Shown here piece by piece: positions 33,401 to 43,861 of a stretch of DNA of 64,000 nt. Within the stretch, counting starts at the first letter, position 1, and every line of letters starts with the position of its first letter. Position numbers and translations under genes: made by a program. The stretch comes from an uncultured Gammaproteobacteria bacterium (lineage in GTDB: Bacteria > Pseudomonadota > Gammaproteobacteria > UBA6002), in contig CAVPKM010000020.1 in the NCBI GenBank assembly GCA_963705725.1, positions 32,001-96,000 on the forward strand, in the 5' to 3' direction. The notes beneath the pieces are model-generated. The model was given only the letters and a program-made list of their open reading frames with translations, did no database searches and was not told where the DNA came from.

Positions 33401-34448
33401 CGTGCTGGAATATCACTACATCGGAGATCCCGAGGATCCTGACCGAATCGTTTATCATATTAATAATCTGGGTAAATATCTTCACGACTGGCAAGAAATG
33501 GGTATAACAGGAGCGGAAAGTTTTGTGCTAAGAGCCGTGAAAGAAAATTTTGCTGAGGTAAATACTTTTTTAGAAAAATGTTGTTATTACGAAAAATTGC
33601 TAGATTTGATCTGTCAAGGGTTAGGCGACATGAAAGACCTCCAGTTAGTCTGCACGCTAGGATTGAAAAATCGAATCTTAAAAAGTCGATCAATAACAGA
33701 ACCGGCCAGAATATTGGAAGAAGCCCATAGCATGGGTGTGTTGTCACCACTCCTTAAAGATATATCCCGGACCCCAATTCTTTCATCAAAGATGCGGGGG
33801 CTTTATGTTCTTAGCATTATCGAGCAACCAGATGTGCTAGCCCTGACTGCCCTCCATTTTTATGAGAGTGGTGAGAGGAGTAAGCGTGAAATAGCTGCGA
33901 TGCTTTTTCTTGATGGTCATGAGAATCTAGCCTGCCGCGACGCATTAGAAAATCTAAAAACCTATTGGAACGACCAATTAAAATTAAGTGAAACTCATGA
34001 AAATGAATCTCAGAAAGAGAGTGGGCATTTCTGTCTTGACCAAGATATTGTTGTTGATTATTACTACTATTCATTGTTGCAAGATGTAGCGGAATTATTG
34101 AATCTTGCATACGAAAAGAATCCTATTTTATTTGCAGAATTATTCTGTGCTGAAATGGACCATTTTAATGAAAAATGGCGAGACATCTTTATGATAAGAA
34201 AAGATTTTTATGAGAAGCTAATGCAACATCCCGATATGCAACGCTTTTCTCATTATGCCAAATGCCAAAAAGCTCTTGAGGCGACCTATTCTTCTCATGG
34301 CTTGGCTTCACCGATTAAAGCGAATGCCCGGAGTCACCTTGACAGTTTAACTCAGTCTTTAACTGACCTTTTAAACCAAGGTCAGCAACAGAGGGGTGCT
34401 GACGAAGAAGGTGATGATACAGAGCGTTACTCGTTTGGTCAGTTATAA
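30456..34448 (+). CDS. Orphan TPR and internal-repeat protein (effector-like), 1330 aa
   Basis: Two duplicated TPR modules, five ~130-140-aa repeats, acidic tail DEEGDDTE. Confidence 0.8.
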   Translation: MRKQPMFNRKNDELYQFHIKEGAAYFNAGKYLEATLAFTLALKIDAQNLAYFYRAQAHERTQNYAAAAKDFEDAERLGCNDINYLTRGLMYIQHLKQTAKALKDAVILFKKDMKSECAEIIEQCLPQIKLGDLDEIEKKDLFDSITTLEERGLLEIAISYLEPCLVKDDHNPLSARFWKRDSIMHGAPSTEKGTLKNIGDYVQEKKLKLAENIMQLAIQTGVEQFQAGDNEMAITTFSLVIEENPKCALAFYHRAEVHHHLNQHEAAIQDFCQAETLGLPIKTYKRSLSYAYLNKISEALEDAMYVAKNGTGENGSAIAALCFSQITLDALKKIPRRELFDFIQWLPGEDQIHYLGIILKRGPLTVLGERFWNPQVFKLTPHIEDELLMEIYNYLDHELDSEIILPDAADLEKMDELIKLPSRVQQLRYHICWQNCHESKQELSHYYSNLPCDSYQFEDHIQYLEDYVYLGIIEAGGFVLMALKDLFRHAKDIVDYPAPVVAFVARGPDTRRRIYLQLSALKPDEKNYQSYLKMRNECWDSERLYRNITDHNYKHEDPIQMLRYTICSHKNYGRYPEAELKRLSDYYSPESDHPFTYQSADRCRYVEDFVYLGIDTAEEFVRRAVKEVLENANNIYHTTFKFQPSNDGLRKKHWIIFEGRSFYSNGCRIATLADEKNQQAYQNIWKLCAQEEQRSRNVTNPDYQTDDPVERLRFQIAVKKNKNENYDAEKTTLSQYYLFPEKHNFDYRFDLFEKYKQDFFLLDISAAETFIHRAIREEISKLDRKIIYYYWGYSPPRVVEVPAPKFLSKNCRIYGLGFNTKNDQTYRQLHNAALADEKKLRNVTNRNFKSNDPIEQLRVTLCIKKNDEKDYTSERDALSAHYEFLPEHGGLNYSKDHGFIYLRDFLYLDIPGAKDFVRLAIEDEIIQAKDSDRWGFFRSFSTETLFDSCIIDNLRINDAHYQIFTKMLQEYIHKTGSYDEKAVLEYHYIGDPEDPDRIVYHINNLGKYLHDWQEMGITGAESFVLRAVKENFAEVNTFLEKCCYYEKLLDLICQGLGDMKDLQLVCTLGLKNRILKSRSITEPARILEEAHSMGVLSPLLKDISRTPILSSKMRGLYVLSIIEQPDVLALTALHFYESGERSKREIAAMLFLDGHENLACRDALENLKTYWNDQLKLSETHENESQKESGHFCLDQDIVVDYYYYSLLQDVAELLNLAYEKNPILFAELFCAEMDHFNEKWRDIFMIRKDFYEKLMQHPDMQRFSHYAKCQKALEATYSSHGLASPIKANARSHLDSLTQSLTDLLNQGQQQRGADEEGDDTERYSFGQL

Positions 34449-34473
34449 CCGTGACCGCCCAGATGGAGGAAAC

Positions 34474-35880
34474 TTAACACTCAGTAATGTTAACGGTAAC
34501 CCCCCCGTGTGTTGCTAACCCTCCTAATGAGGTTTCTTTATAAATAGGCATCATGTCCTTGCCAATTTGCCGCATGGTTTTGATCACATTATCCAGTGTC
34601 ACGATATGTTCACCATCAGTTGTGTCATCTTCATCTTCAGCAAGAACCAGGCGGGAGGCATTCACCGCCTTGACTGCACCCATGGCATTTCGCTCGATGC
34701 AGGGGATTTGAACTAACCCTCCAATGGGATCACAAGTCAGACCCAAATTATGTTCCATACCAATTTCGGCGGCTTTTTCAATTTGTTTCGGTGTGCCGCC
34801 AAGCGCCGCAGTTAACGCCCCTGCCGCCATGGAACACGCCACACCGACTTCTCCTTGGCAACCCACTTCAGCGCCAGAAATGGAAGCACCTTTTTTGTAA
34901 AGAATCGCAATCGCGCCGGCGGTTAATAAAAAAGTAATCACTCCCTCAGGTGTCGCGTTATCGCAAAATATTTGATAATAGTTGAGCACTGCTGGGATGA
35001 TTCCAGCCGCGCCATTCGTAGGAGCTGTGACCACTGTTCCACCAGCCGCATTTTGTTCATTGACAGCCATTGCATAAACATTTAACCAATTCATCACATC
35101 AGGATGACAAGGAGCGGGTAGACCTTTTTTGATCAAGGTTTTGTAAAGCCCAGGCGCCCTACGTTTGACATGTAGACCGCCAGGTAGGATACCTTCAGTG
35201 ATACAGCCTTTTTGAATGCAATGAGACATGGTGTGTGCAATATCTAACAATTGATTATAAATGTCTGCTTTCAAGCGCCAAGTTTGCTCATTTTTGAGCA
35301 TGACCTCTGCGATGGTAAGGTGATGCTCCCTGCAGTGATCCATTAATTCTTGTGCGGTTTCAAAAGGAAAGGGAAGCGGTGCCTCTTTATTCTCTTTTCC
35401 AATCTCTGCTTCTTTTAAAATAAACCCACCACCTATCGAATAATATGTCGTGGTGAATAACACTTCTTGATTACGGTTAAGGGCGGAAAAACGCATTCCA
35501 TTGGTATGGTAGGGCAAAATTTCATCGGGATGAAAAATCAGATTTTTATGATATTCAAAATCAATTTTTTTTTTATTCCCTAGATTAATTTGTTTTTCGG
35601 TATGGATTTGTTGGATACGAGAAGGAATAGAATCAGGGTCAATGGTGGCAGGATGGTTGCCTTCCAACCCCATGAAGATTGCCCCATCGGTGCCATGCCC
35701 CTTACCTGTGAGAGCAAGCGAGCCATAAAGATCGATTTGTACTTGATCCGTGCCAAAAAAAAGCCCGAGATCGAGGAGAGTTTGACTAAAGTGACAAGCC
35801 GCTTTCATTGGCCCAACCGTATGAGAGCTGGACGGTCCAATACCAATAGCGAATAGGTCAAAAACACTAATATGTTGCAT
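34474..35880 (-). CDS. sdaA: L-serine ammonia-lyase (Fe-S)
   Basis: [21 protein letters not shown] and [17 protein letters not shown]. Confidence 0.95.
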   Translation of the reverse strand: MQHISVFDLFAIGIGPSSSHTVGPMKAACHFSQTLLDLGLFFGTDQVQIDLYGSLALTGKGHGTDGAIFMGLEGNHPATIDPDSIPSRIQQIHTEKQINLGNKKKIDFEYHKNLIFHPDEILPYHTNGMRFSALNRNQEVLFTTTYYSIGGGFILKEAEIGKENKEAPLPFPFETAQELMDHCREHHLTIAEVMLKNEQTWRLKADIYNQLLDIAHTMSHCIQKGCITEGILPGGLHVKRRAPGLYKTLIKKGLPAPCHPDVMNWLNVYAMAVNEQNAAGGTVVTAPTNGAAGIIPAVLNYYQIFCDNATPEGVITFLLTAGAIAILYKKGASISGAEVGCQGEVGVACSMAAGALTAALGGTPKQIEKAAEIGMEHNLGLTCDPIGGLVQIPCIERNAMGAVKAVNASRLVLAEDEDDTTDGEHIVTLDNVIKTMRQIGKDMMPIYKETSLGGLATHGGVTVNITEC

Positions 35881-35961
35881 CAGGCAACCTCTTTTTTGAT
35901 TCCCATTTTAATGGGAATTACTATAAGATATGCGCACCTAAATGGAAAAGAATAAAATAAC

Positions 35962-37275
35962 ATGATTTCATCTCTAAGCCTTAGCGTCAAACAAAGATTT
36001 CAAACAGAAGCATTATTTAGATCGCCGCACCTAATCAGCATGGTTTTTTTAGGCTTTGCATCCGGCCTCCCGTTATTCCTAACCGGTTCAACGCTACAAG
36101 CTTGGTATACGGTTTGCGGGGTTAATTTGGTCACCATCGGCATGTTGACTTTAGTTGGACAACCCTATGTCTATAAATTTCTTTGGGCACCGCTTTTAGA
36201 CCGCTTCACCTTAACCAAGGGACAGCGAAGACGCAGTTGGCTGCTACTTCTGCAAATTTTACTCATCATTGGCATTGGAGTGATGGGTGCCTTTAATCCT
36301 GCTAAACGTCCTGTGACCTTAGCATTTCTCGCATTAATTATCGCATTTTTTTCAGCAACACAAGATATCGTCATCGATGCTTATCGAACCGAAATTCTGA
36401 CAGTAGAAAAAAGAGGGCTGGGTCTTGCACTTAGCACCATCGGTTACCGAATTGCTCTGTTAGTGACAGGAGCCATTGCCTTAGTGATGGCCGATAGAAT
36501 AGGTTGGAAGCTTACCTATTGGATAATGGCGCTATTAATGGGATTAGAGTTAATCGTGACCTATTTCCTAAAAGAAGAAGCCGCTACGAATGCACATCCT
36601 CAATCTTTATCTACAGCGATGATCCAGCCTTTTCTGTCGCTTTTATATCAAAAACAAATCGGCATCATTTTATTATTCATTGTGCTTTACAAACTGGGAG
36701 ACGTGTTTACTTTAACATTAGGCACCACTTTTTTGATACGCAGCATCGGTTTTTCGCTGACTGATATTGGGTTGACCTATAAGTTAGTAGGGATGATTGG
36801 ATTATTATTTGGCGCAGTAGTTGGCGGCCTCGCAATGAAAAAAATTAAACTTTTTCCAGCCTTAGTCCTATTTGGAATAATTCAAGCGCTGGCTAATCTC
36901 CCTTTTCTCGCGCTTGCCATGATAGGTAAAAATTATTCTCTGTTGATATTGACGGTGTTTATTGAAAATTTTGGTTCAGGATTAGGATCGGTTGCCTTTT
37001 TGGCATTTATTATGAGCTTGTGTGATAAACACTATACGGCAACACACTTTGCTGTATTTACCGCGCTAGCTGCCATAGGACGAGTATTTGCCGGGCCACT
37101 TGCCGCAATTGTAGTGGAGCAGGTGGGCTGGGTACAATATTACCTATGGGCTTTTTTAATGGGATTTCCAGGTATAGTCATGTTAGTATTTCTAAAAAAG
37201 CATTGGATATTTAATTCGCCGCCTTCTCGCTGTAGCCGAATTGAATCTCAAAAATCAGCGGTTCCCGTTGAGTAG
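35962..37275 (+). CDS. ampG: Muropeptide MFS transporter AmpG
   Basis: LGFASGLP, KFLWAPLLD, SATQDIVIDAYR and LYKLGD. Confidence 0.92.
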   Translation: MISSLSLSVKQRFQTEALFRSPHLISMVFLGFASGLPLFLTGSTLQAWYTVCGVNLVTIGMLTLVGQPYVYKFLWAPLLDRFTLTKGQRRRSWLLLLQILLIIGIGVMGAFNPAKRPVTLAFLALIIAFFSATQDIVIDAYRTEILTVEKRGLGLALSTIGYRIALLVTGAIALVMADRIGWKLTYWIMALLMGLELIVTYFLKEEAATNAHPQSLSTAMIQPFLSLLYQKQIGIILLFIVLYKLGDVFTLTLGTTFLIRSIGFSLTDIGLTYKLVGMIGLLFGAVVGGLAMKKIKLFPALVLFGIIQALANLPFLALAMIGKNYSLLILTVFIENFGSGLGSVAFLAFIMSLCDKHYTATHFAVFTALAAIGRVFAGPLAAIVVEQVGWVQYYLWAFLMGFPGIVMLVFLKKHWIFNSPPSRCSRIESQKSAVPVE

Positions 37276-37295
37276 TTATCAAAGGTAGTTAACAA

Positions 37296-38636
37296 ATGAG
37301 TCTTGAGCAAACCACGAAATCACTGGGTTTTTGGACGTTAACGGCGTTAGTTGCGGGTAACATGATTGGTTCTGGCATTTTTATGCTACCGGCTTCATTA
37401 GCGGCATTTGGCAGCATTGGGATTTTTGCTTGGATTCTCACGGCAGCGGGTACCATGATTTTAGCCATTGTCTTTGCCCGTTTGAGCCGTTTATTACCTA
37501 AGACAGGTGGCCCTTATGCTTATTGCCGCGAAGCTTACGGCGATTTTATTGGTTTCCAAGTTGCTTATAATTATTGGATTGCGCTTTGGGTAGGAAATGC
37601 AGCTATTGTCGTTACCTTGATTAGCTACTTAGGGGTATTCTGGCCTGAGCTTAATACTCATTCGTCTTTATCATTTATGTTAAGCCTCGCCATAATTTGG
37701 TTGATTACCGCTATTAATATCATTGGTATTAAAGAAGCTGGCAAGACTCAAATTATTACCACCATTTTAAAACTTATTCCCCTACTAGGAGTCGCGTTAA
37801 TTGGATTATTTTTTATCCATAAAGATAATCTTATGCATTTTAATATCAGTGGAAAATCCAATTTTTCAGCCTTAACAGGAGCTGCAACACTAACCATGTG
37901 GGCATTTATTGGTTTTGAATCTGCAACCATACCTGCCGGACATGTCATTAATCCCAGACGTAATATCCCGCGTGCAACGATAGTTGGCACCTCGGTTGCC
38001 GCATTAGTTTATATTTTAAGCACGATCAGCGTAATGGGTATTGTTCCCATGGCACAGCTTGCCCATTCAAGCTCACCATTTGCGCTGGCGGCTAATGTGA
38101 TGTTAGGTCCTTGGGCGAATTGGATTATTGCAGCGGCGGCAGTTATCGCTTGTTTTGGAACGTTAAATGGTTGGATCATGATGCAAGGACAAATACCGCT
38201 TGCTGCTGCAAAAGATGGACTATTCCCTAAACCCTTTGAAAAAGTTAATAAAGTCGGTTCCCCAGCGCTGGGATTGATTGTTTCAAGTATGCTGATCTCC
38301 CTATTATTAGCGATGCGATATGAAGCGAGTTTAGTGGACCAATTTACTTTCATTAGCTTATTGGCGACCCTTGCTTCTTTAATTCCCTATATTTATACCT
38401 CGGTCGCGGAGGTGATGATTTATTTAAAAGAAAGAGAAAAGTTTAATAAAAAAAGATTTATGGGTTCTGCAACGCTAGCCATCTTAGCCTTTGCCTATAC
38501 CTACTGGCTAATTTATGGCGCAGGGGTTCAAATCGTTTTTTATGGGGTGTTACTGTTGCTAAGCAGTATACCGATTTATTTAATTCTGCAGCTAAGAGTG
38601 ATGGAAAAAGGCGAGGGAATAGCGGAAGAAGGGTAG
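37296..38636 (+). CDS. APC-family amino acid permease (basic amino acid/polyamine antiporter-like)
   Basis: GNMIGSGIF, GGPYAY, WAFIGFESA and NPRRNIPRA. Confidence 0.9.
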   Translation: MSLEQTTKSLGFWTLTALVAGNMIGSGIFMLPASLAAFGSIGIFAWILTAAGTMILAIVFARLSRLLPKTGGPYAYCREAYGDFIGFQVAYNYWIALWVGNAAIVVTLISYLGVFWPELNTHSSLSFMLSLAIIWLITAINIIGIKEAGKTQIITTILKLIPLLGVALIGLFFIHKDNLMHFNISGKSNFSALTGAATLTMWAFIGFESATIPAGHVINPRRNIPRATIVGTSVAALVYILSTISVMGIVPMAQLAHSSSPFALAANVMLGPWANWIIAAAAVIACFGTLNGWIMMQGQIPLAAAKDGLFPKPFEKVNKVGSPALGLIVSSMLISLLLAMRYEASLVDQFTFISLLATLASLIPYIYTSVAEVMIYLKEREKFNKKRFMGSATLAILAFAYTYWLIYGAGVQIVFYGVLLLLSSIPIYLILQLRVMEKGEGIAEEG

Positions 38637-38642
38637 CAGTGC

Positions 38643-41594
38643 GTGAGATTCACAACAGTTCGTTTTATTTTTTTATTGATTTTTTTAATATCCATCTTCA
38701 GTTCATTTTCTTATGCCTACCAGGGTGCAGAGAATGAATCCACGCTGGCCATTGCCGATCGTCAGCTGCATCTTGATAAAAAAAGCCAAGAGTTGGTCAA
38801 AAAGCAATTTTTTGATTTAAAAGTAGCGAAAAATAAGCAATATACCTTGCTTCAAGAAAGTGGGGTGACCACGCCTATTTTGAAACATGCCGAGCTTGAT
38901 TTCATCGCAGCCCAAGCGGCAATTGAAGGTGCCAACATTGCCTTGATTGATGCAAAGCAAGCATCAGAAGACATCGATAATTCAATCCATAATCAGGAAA
39001 AAAATCTTCAGAATTTAATCTTGCTGACTAAGGATCATTCCGGCAATGAGGTGCAGATTATTGCGCTTGAAGCAAACTTAGAATTTTTGAAAAGATTACA
39101 GCAAATACAAAACGATCGTATCAAAGCACTAAACGATATTAAATCCGTTACCAAGCAACGCTTAGAACTAGAAAATCAATGGCAGCAGCGCTTGCAAATC
39201 CTCTATTCACTGCAGCAACGCGATCAAGAACGTAATCGTTTACAAGAAGTGATCGCCAATTTACAAGAAGAGCAACAAAATTGGTTGCTGAAATTAAGTC
39301 ATTTAAATCAAGAACTTCAACTGCTTAGTCGTCAAGGGTTGATGAGTGATATGAATTTAAAAAAATTTCATTTTCAAATTTTTGAAGCAGAAGAATATGT
39401 CGCATTGATTCGTTTAAAATCTTATCTTGTCCAGATCCAAAATCGATTGGAAAATTTACAAGATTCTAAAAAAATTCAAAAGCCTTCTTATCAACTTAGT
39501 GAATTGGTCGAACAGGTTGCCAACATTCTTTCTGAGCTTGCTTCTACCGAAGATTTTGTTTCCGCAAAAACCAGGTTTTTGGCAATGAAGAATAGGGAGC
39601 TACAAGATAATTATGCTTATTCACAAATGCTCCGTAATTTATTTCAAAATTATCAGGCTGAAAATAAGTTCATCATTAATTTAAAAAATACAGCCTCTTC
39701 CTACCATCATCAATTAAAATTGCAATTACAACATCACTTATCTGAAAGGCAAAAGTTCCCCCAAGAATTAGCTGGTTGGATTCAATTAAGTCAAAAATTT
39801 TTTCAAATCCCTTACTTGCTACTCACTACAGTGAATCATATTGTCACGCAAGGGATTTATGAAACAAAAGATTTGCACAAAGGTTTAGTGGTGTTACTGC
39901 TATTAACCCTTCCTTTTTTATTTGTTTGCTGGTTCTACCTTAGACGTTTTTTGCGAAATCTTGAATTAATCATTCGAGATGATAAGCGCTTTTCCACCAA
40001 GGTGGTTTTTTTCATTATTGAATTATTACGGAGAAATTTAGGCACGTTACTTTGTTGCTTGTTGCTGCTCTCATTGATTTTAATTTTAAACATCTACATA
40101 CTTTTCGTTATTTATCTCCTGCTCGTCTATCTTTGTTTCAAACTGACATTAAGTGTAGCGAAGCTTATTCTGCTAGAAAATGTCCAGGATAATTCGGGAA
40201 AGGATGTAGCACTTTATTATCGTATCAAGTGGGCCTTAGTGCTGGGTTTTATTTTATCGACTTTAGCTGTGATGGCGCATCAACTACCCGTTGCCTATGA
40301 AGCTAAAATATTAGTCAGTCGATTATTTATGATTTTTATTTTTGTTCTTGGCCTGCAACTCCTCAAGGCAAGATTTTTTATTGTGAATCTTTTTACCGAT
40401 AGCATTCATGTGCCACGTTATTTTCACCATGTTTTACGTCTTCTGAGTCATGTCATCCCCATCGCATTGCTTTTTAATGCGATTATCGGATTGCTTGGCT
40501 ATGTGGAATTAGCCTTAGTGGTGGCGAAATATCAAATTATTTTGATCACAATATTAGCTGGTTATTTGATAGCGCGCGGTATTTTAATCGATGCCATGGA
40601 ATTCATTTCTGAAGTGTTCATCAAACATGTTAAACAAGGTTGGTTATGGACTGAAGCCATTTTAAAACCCTTGGATAAAATACTACGAATCGTATTGTTT
40701 TTAATCAGTATGCTTTATTTGTTGCATTTTTATCAGCTTGATGCCAATGAATATTTTATTCATTCGATAGAGCAATTATTGCATAAAAAATTGTTTACCC
40801 TTGGCGGCAATGTCATTAACGTGCTACTACTTTGTGAACTTTTCATTATTTTGGCATTAATTAAATGGGTAGCTTATTGGTCTCGTGAATTTTCTTTTCG
40901 CTGGTTGTATATCAAGTCTAAAGATGTGGGTGTTCGCAATAGTCTTTCAATATTTACTCAATATGCAAGTGTAATATTTTGTGTATTAATAGGCTTAAAA
41001 TTTCTAGGTATCGATTTGAAAGGCTTTACTGTTGTAGCCGCTGCTTTTGCAGCTGGTATTGGTTTTGGTATGCGAGATCTAATCATTAATTTTTTTAGCG
41101 GTATCTTGCTTTTAATCGAAAGACCTTTTCGCACAGGTGATATTGTTTCACTAGGATCTTATGAAGGCGAAGTTATCCTAACAGGAATGCGTTCAATGAC
41201 GATTCGCACCTGGGATTATGAAGAGGTCATCGTGCCAAATGCAGATATGTTTACCAAGCCATTTGTGAATTGGACACACCATGACAATATTGTTAGAACA
41301 GTGATCATTTTAAAAATTCATCGCGAAGATGACCCTCACCAAGTACAAAGGTTAATGCTAAACGTTCTTAAAAATCATCCCAATGTTGCCAAGGATCCGT
41401 TGCCTGAAGTAATTTTGCATGAAATGAGTGAGGTATTAATTGAGATGCACGTGAGATATTATATTCTATTAACCACCGAGCGTACCAAGGCGGGTGTCAA
41501 GTCCGAAGTGCTTTTCACGATTTGGGATTGTCTCAAAGCCAATAATATCCGCGCTCCTTATCCACAATATGATCTTCACTTGAAGAATTTGTAA
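38643..41594 (+). CDS. MscK-like mechanosensitive channel
   Basis: Signal peptide, periplasmic coiled coil, TM region; GIGFG..D...NFFSG..LL.ERPF..GD MscS core. Confidence 0.88.
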   Translation: MRFTTVRFIFLLIFLISIFSSFSYAYQGAENESTLAIADRQLHLDKKSQELVKKQFFDLKVAKNKQYTLLQESGVTTPILKHAELDFIAAQAAIEGANIALIDAKQASEDIDNSIHNQEKNLQNLILLTKDHSGNEVQIIALEANLEFLKRLQQIQNDRIKALNDIKSVTKQRLELENQWQQRLQILYSLQQRDQERNRLQEVIANLQEEQQNWLLKLSHLNQELQLLSRQGLMSDMNLKKFHFQIFEAEEYVALIRLKSYLVQIQNRLENLQDSKKIQKPSYQLSELVEQVANILSELASTEDFVSAKTRFLAMKNRELQDNYAYSQMLRNLFQNYQAENKFIINLKNTASSYHHQLKLQLQHHLSERQKFPQELAGWIQLSQKFFQIPYLLLTTVNHIVTQGIYETKDLHKGLVVLLLLTLPFLFVCWFYLRRFLRNLELIIRDDKRFSTKVVFFIIELLRRNLGTLLCCLLLLSLILILNIYILFVIYLLLVYLCFKLTLSVAKLILLENVQDNSGKDVALYYRIKWALVLGFILSTLAVMAHQLPVAYEAKILVSRLFMIFIFVLGLQLLKARFFIVNLFTDSIHVPRYFHHVLRLLSHVIPIALLFNAIIGLLGYVELALVVAKYQIILITILAGYLIARGILIDAMEFISEVFIKHVKQGWLWTEAILKPLDKILRIVLFLISMLYLLHFYQLDANEYFIHSIEQLLHKKLFTLGGNVINVLLLCELFIILALIKWVAYWSREFSFRWLYIKSKDVGVRNSLSIFTQYASVIFCVLIGLKFLGIDLKGFTVVAAAFAAGIGFGMRDLIINFFSGILLLIERPFRTGDIVSLGSYEGEVILTGMRSMTIRTWDYEEVIVPNADMFTKPFVNWTHHDNIVRTVIILKIHREDDPHQVQRLMLNVLKNHPNVAKDPLPEVILHEMSEVLIEMHVRYYILLTTERTKAGVKSEVLFTIWDCLKANNIRAPYPQYDLHLKNL

Positions 41595-41599
41595 CTATG

Positions 41600-43540
41600 T
41601 TAGTAGAAACTTCGAGCTGAGGTTTGAGTATGGTCAGTTGAGTTTATTTCTTGTTGAGATAATTCAATATTCTTTTTTAGCTTTTCAAGATCGTCTCCCA
41701 TAACGAATTTTTTTATTTCTAAGGCACACGTCTTTGATTGTTCTATGGCTTCTTGATAGCAGTCTTGGGCTTGTTGAATGCAATTTTTTTCGAGAAAATC
41801 TTGCGCTTTTGAACAGAGAATAGAGGTAGGCAAATAAATTGCTGAGCAGTTATCGATTTTGTCAACTTTAAATTGAGTATAAACCGCTAAGCAATTTTTT
41901 GATGCTTTCATCGCTAGATCATATTGTTTTTTTTCACAGTATTCTTTAGCCAAGCCATAGTAGCATGAGTCGATCCAGACAAGTATGTCATTTAAATTTT
42001 CTTTTTTTTCTTGGAGCACTGGCAATTCTAATGCATAAATCTCTAAAGCTTTTTTGTAAGAAATAATTGCTTGAGAAAATTCTCCTCTAAAAAATAATGA
42101 GTTTCCAATTTCTTGCCAACTTATTGCCAAATCAGCGAGTAAAGTTTCCGTATGGCTTCTTTCTTTTTTTGCAATTAATGGTAATACTTTAAGCGCATTG
42201 AAAAAATTCAGATGCATCTCTTTAAGGCTGTCAAACGATATTTCACTAGGAGGATTATAGCAACTTATTAATTTGTGATTACGATCATGATAAAATGTAA
42301 AATAGTAATGACCATCTGCGAAACTTTTTCGCGTCCGAATTTCATCTAGTATTTCAGAAAAAATAATTTTTTCTGATTCTTCTGAAGTTTCTCGGATAGC
42401 GTGATCAAAATGTTGAAAGGCAGTTCTAATGCTTTCAATGGAGGCTGCCTCTTCTTTTTTAATTTGATTGTGTATTATATTTGCATGTTCTCTGAGTTCC
42501 CTGCTAATTTTCAGTTGATATTCATTGTTAGAAAAATGTCTGATTTTGTTTTCAACAATATCCATGCTCTCAATAAGGAAATTGATTCCCTTGCATCCTC
42601 TTCCTATGCCTTGACCAATAACATAATAGGGATCGATTAGTGCATCTCCTAAAGGGAATATCATTGGTAGATTTTTTCCTATATAAGCCGTTTGTTCTAC
42701 AACATTAGTTTCCACATTAATAGTGGTTAGTCTTGGCTTAGCACTATATTTTTTTGACTGAGGCAAATAGTGATAATCAGGAGTTGACGCTGTATAAATT
42801 TCTAATACTGTTTGGAGCCATTTATCTTGCTCTGTTTTTGACAACCCAATTGGTATCTCCAAATATAAACAGACTTTGTTTTTATTAACATAATATCCCG
42901 TTAATTCTGGAAGTTTAAATTCATTCCAACCCAAAGCACGTAATTTAATTAGACTTCTCGCAAAATAGATATTGTCAACAAACGGTGATGATATCCTGTT
43001 ATATGAATTCATTAACTCCAATAATTGCTCATTTTTCATTTGCACGTAGGCCAGGTAGCGTGTAGAAGCTGCAACTTCGGTAAATGCGCGTAGCGTGAAG
43101 GGAATTTCAGGGGCACAAATCTCATTTGCTGACTTTAAAACGTATCGATTGGATCCAGTACAATCACATACATAATTTCCAGCTACAAATTCCTCATTAC
43201 CTTTTGCATCCGCAATGATCACTCCTGGAGTTTCAGTATCTTCCTTTAAGCGAATAAATTTTTTTTTCTCAATTTTAATGGCATTTATATTGCTTATTTG
43301 TTCATATAGTATGCGTTCGAAATCTTTTATATGCATGTAGTTCTTAGGAAGGACAACTTGTAGGTTAAGAAACTTAGCGGCCGCCTCCAAAACGGGTTGA
43401 TCTAATCTTCCGGGACGCGTATATTCGCCAGCGCGAGGATCGAAAACCAGTGCAGTAATACCTGCTTTGTAAAATGCAAGGGCCGCATATAATCCTGCTG
43501 GACCGGCGCCAATGATAATGACCCTATCTTTGTTCAGCAT
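41600..43540 (-). CDS. FAD-dependent monooxygenase-like domain plus C-terminal TPRs (effector-like)
   Basis: IIIGAGPAG, DCTG and LGDALIDP....GQG motifs; TPR-like WQEIGN..F..GEF..AI..Y.KAL. Confidence 0.75.
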   Translation of the reverse strand: MLNKDRVIIIGAGPAGLYAALAFYKAGITALVFDPRAGEYTRPGRLDQPVLEAAAKFLNLQVVLPKNYMHIKDFERILYEQISNINAIKIEKKKFIRLKEDTETPGVIIADAKGNEEFVAGNYVCDCTGSNRYVLKSANEICAPEIPFTLRAFTEVAASTRYLAYVQMKNEQLLELMNSYNRISSPFVDNIYFARSLIKLRALGWNEFKLPELTGYYVNKNKVCLYLEIPIGLSKTEQDKWLQTVLEIYTASTPDYHYLPQSKKYSAKPRLTTINVETNVVEQTAYIGKNLPMIFPLGDALIDPYYVIGQGIGRGCKGINFLIESMDIVENKIRHFSNNEYQLKISRELREHANIIHNQIKKEEAASIESIRTAFQHFDHAIRETSEESEKIIFSEILDEIRTRKSFADGHYYFTFYHDRNHKLISCYNPPSEISFDSLKEMHLNFFNALKVLPLIAKKERSHTETLLADLAISWQEIGNSLFFRGEFSQAIISYKKALEIYALELPVLQEKKENLNDILVWIDSCYYGLAKEYCEKKQYDLAMKASKNCLAVYTQFKVDKIDNCSAIYLPTSILCSKAQDFLEKNCIQQAQDCYQEAIEQSKTCALEIKKFVMGDDLEKLKKNIELSQQEINSTDHTQTSARSFY

Positions 43541-43577
43541 AAAATTCGACCTCTCATAAAACTAAATAATTATTAAT

Positions 43578-43609
43578 AGTTTGCCAAAAATTTATTAAAA
43601 AAATCTTAA
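43578..43609 (-). promoter_or_regulatory. PmrA-type box plus -10
   Basis: Minus strand TTAA-ga-TT-tt-tTTAAT-N10-CAAACT. Confidence 0.6.
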
Positions 43610-43861
43610 TTATAGGTATTTAATTATAGAAATTGATTGGTGTTTTATTCTGAAGGTTCTAGGCAGGCAGTGAGTCCCTAGCCTCGATGGCCTATAAAAA
43701 TGAGGCGTGATGATTTTGTAAAAAAGCATGAGGGCAATAATAGAGCCGCCAAAAAATCGCGTCTTCAAGTGGAATGGATATATTTCGTGCACTGAAATAT
43801 GGCATGATTAAAACGGACAGTTAAAGCATTAGAAATACAAATTTAATTACTCAGGTGGCTT

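Noticed and set aside
43610-43830. 60-aa minus-strand ORF or gene remnant upstream of the GyrI-like gene
   Set aside because: No recognisable motif or RBS; cannot be supported
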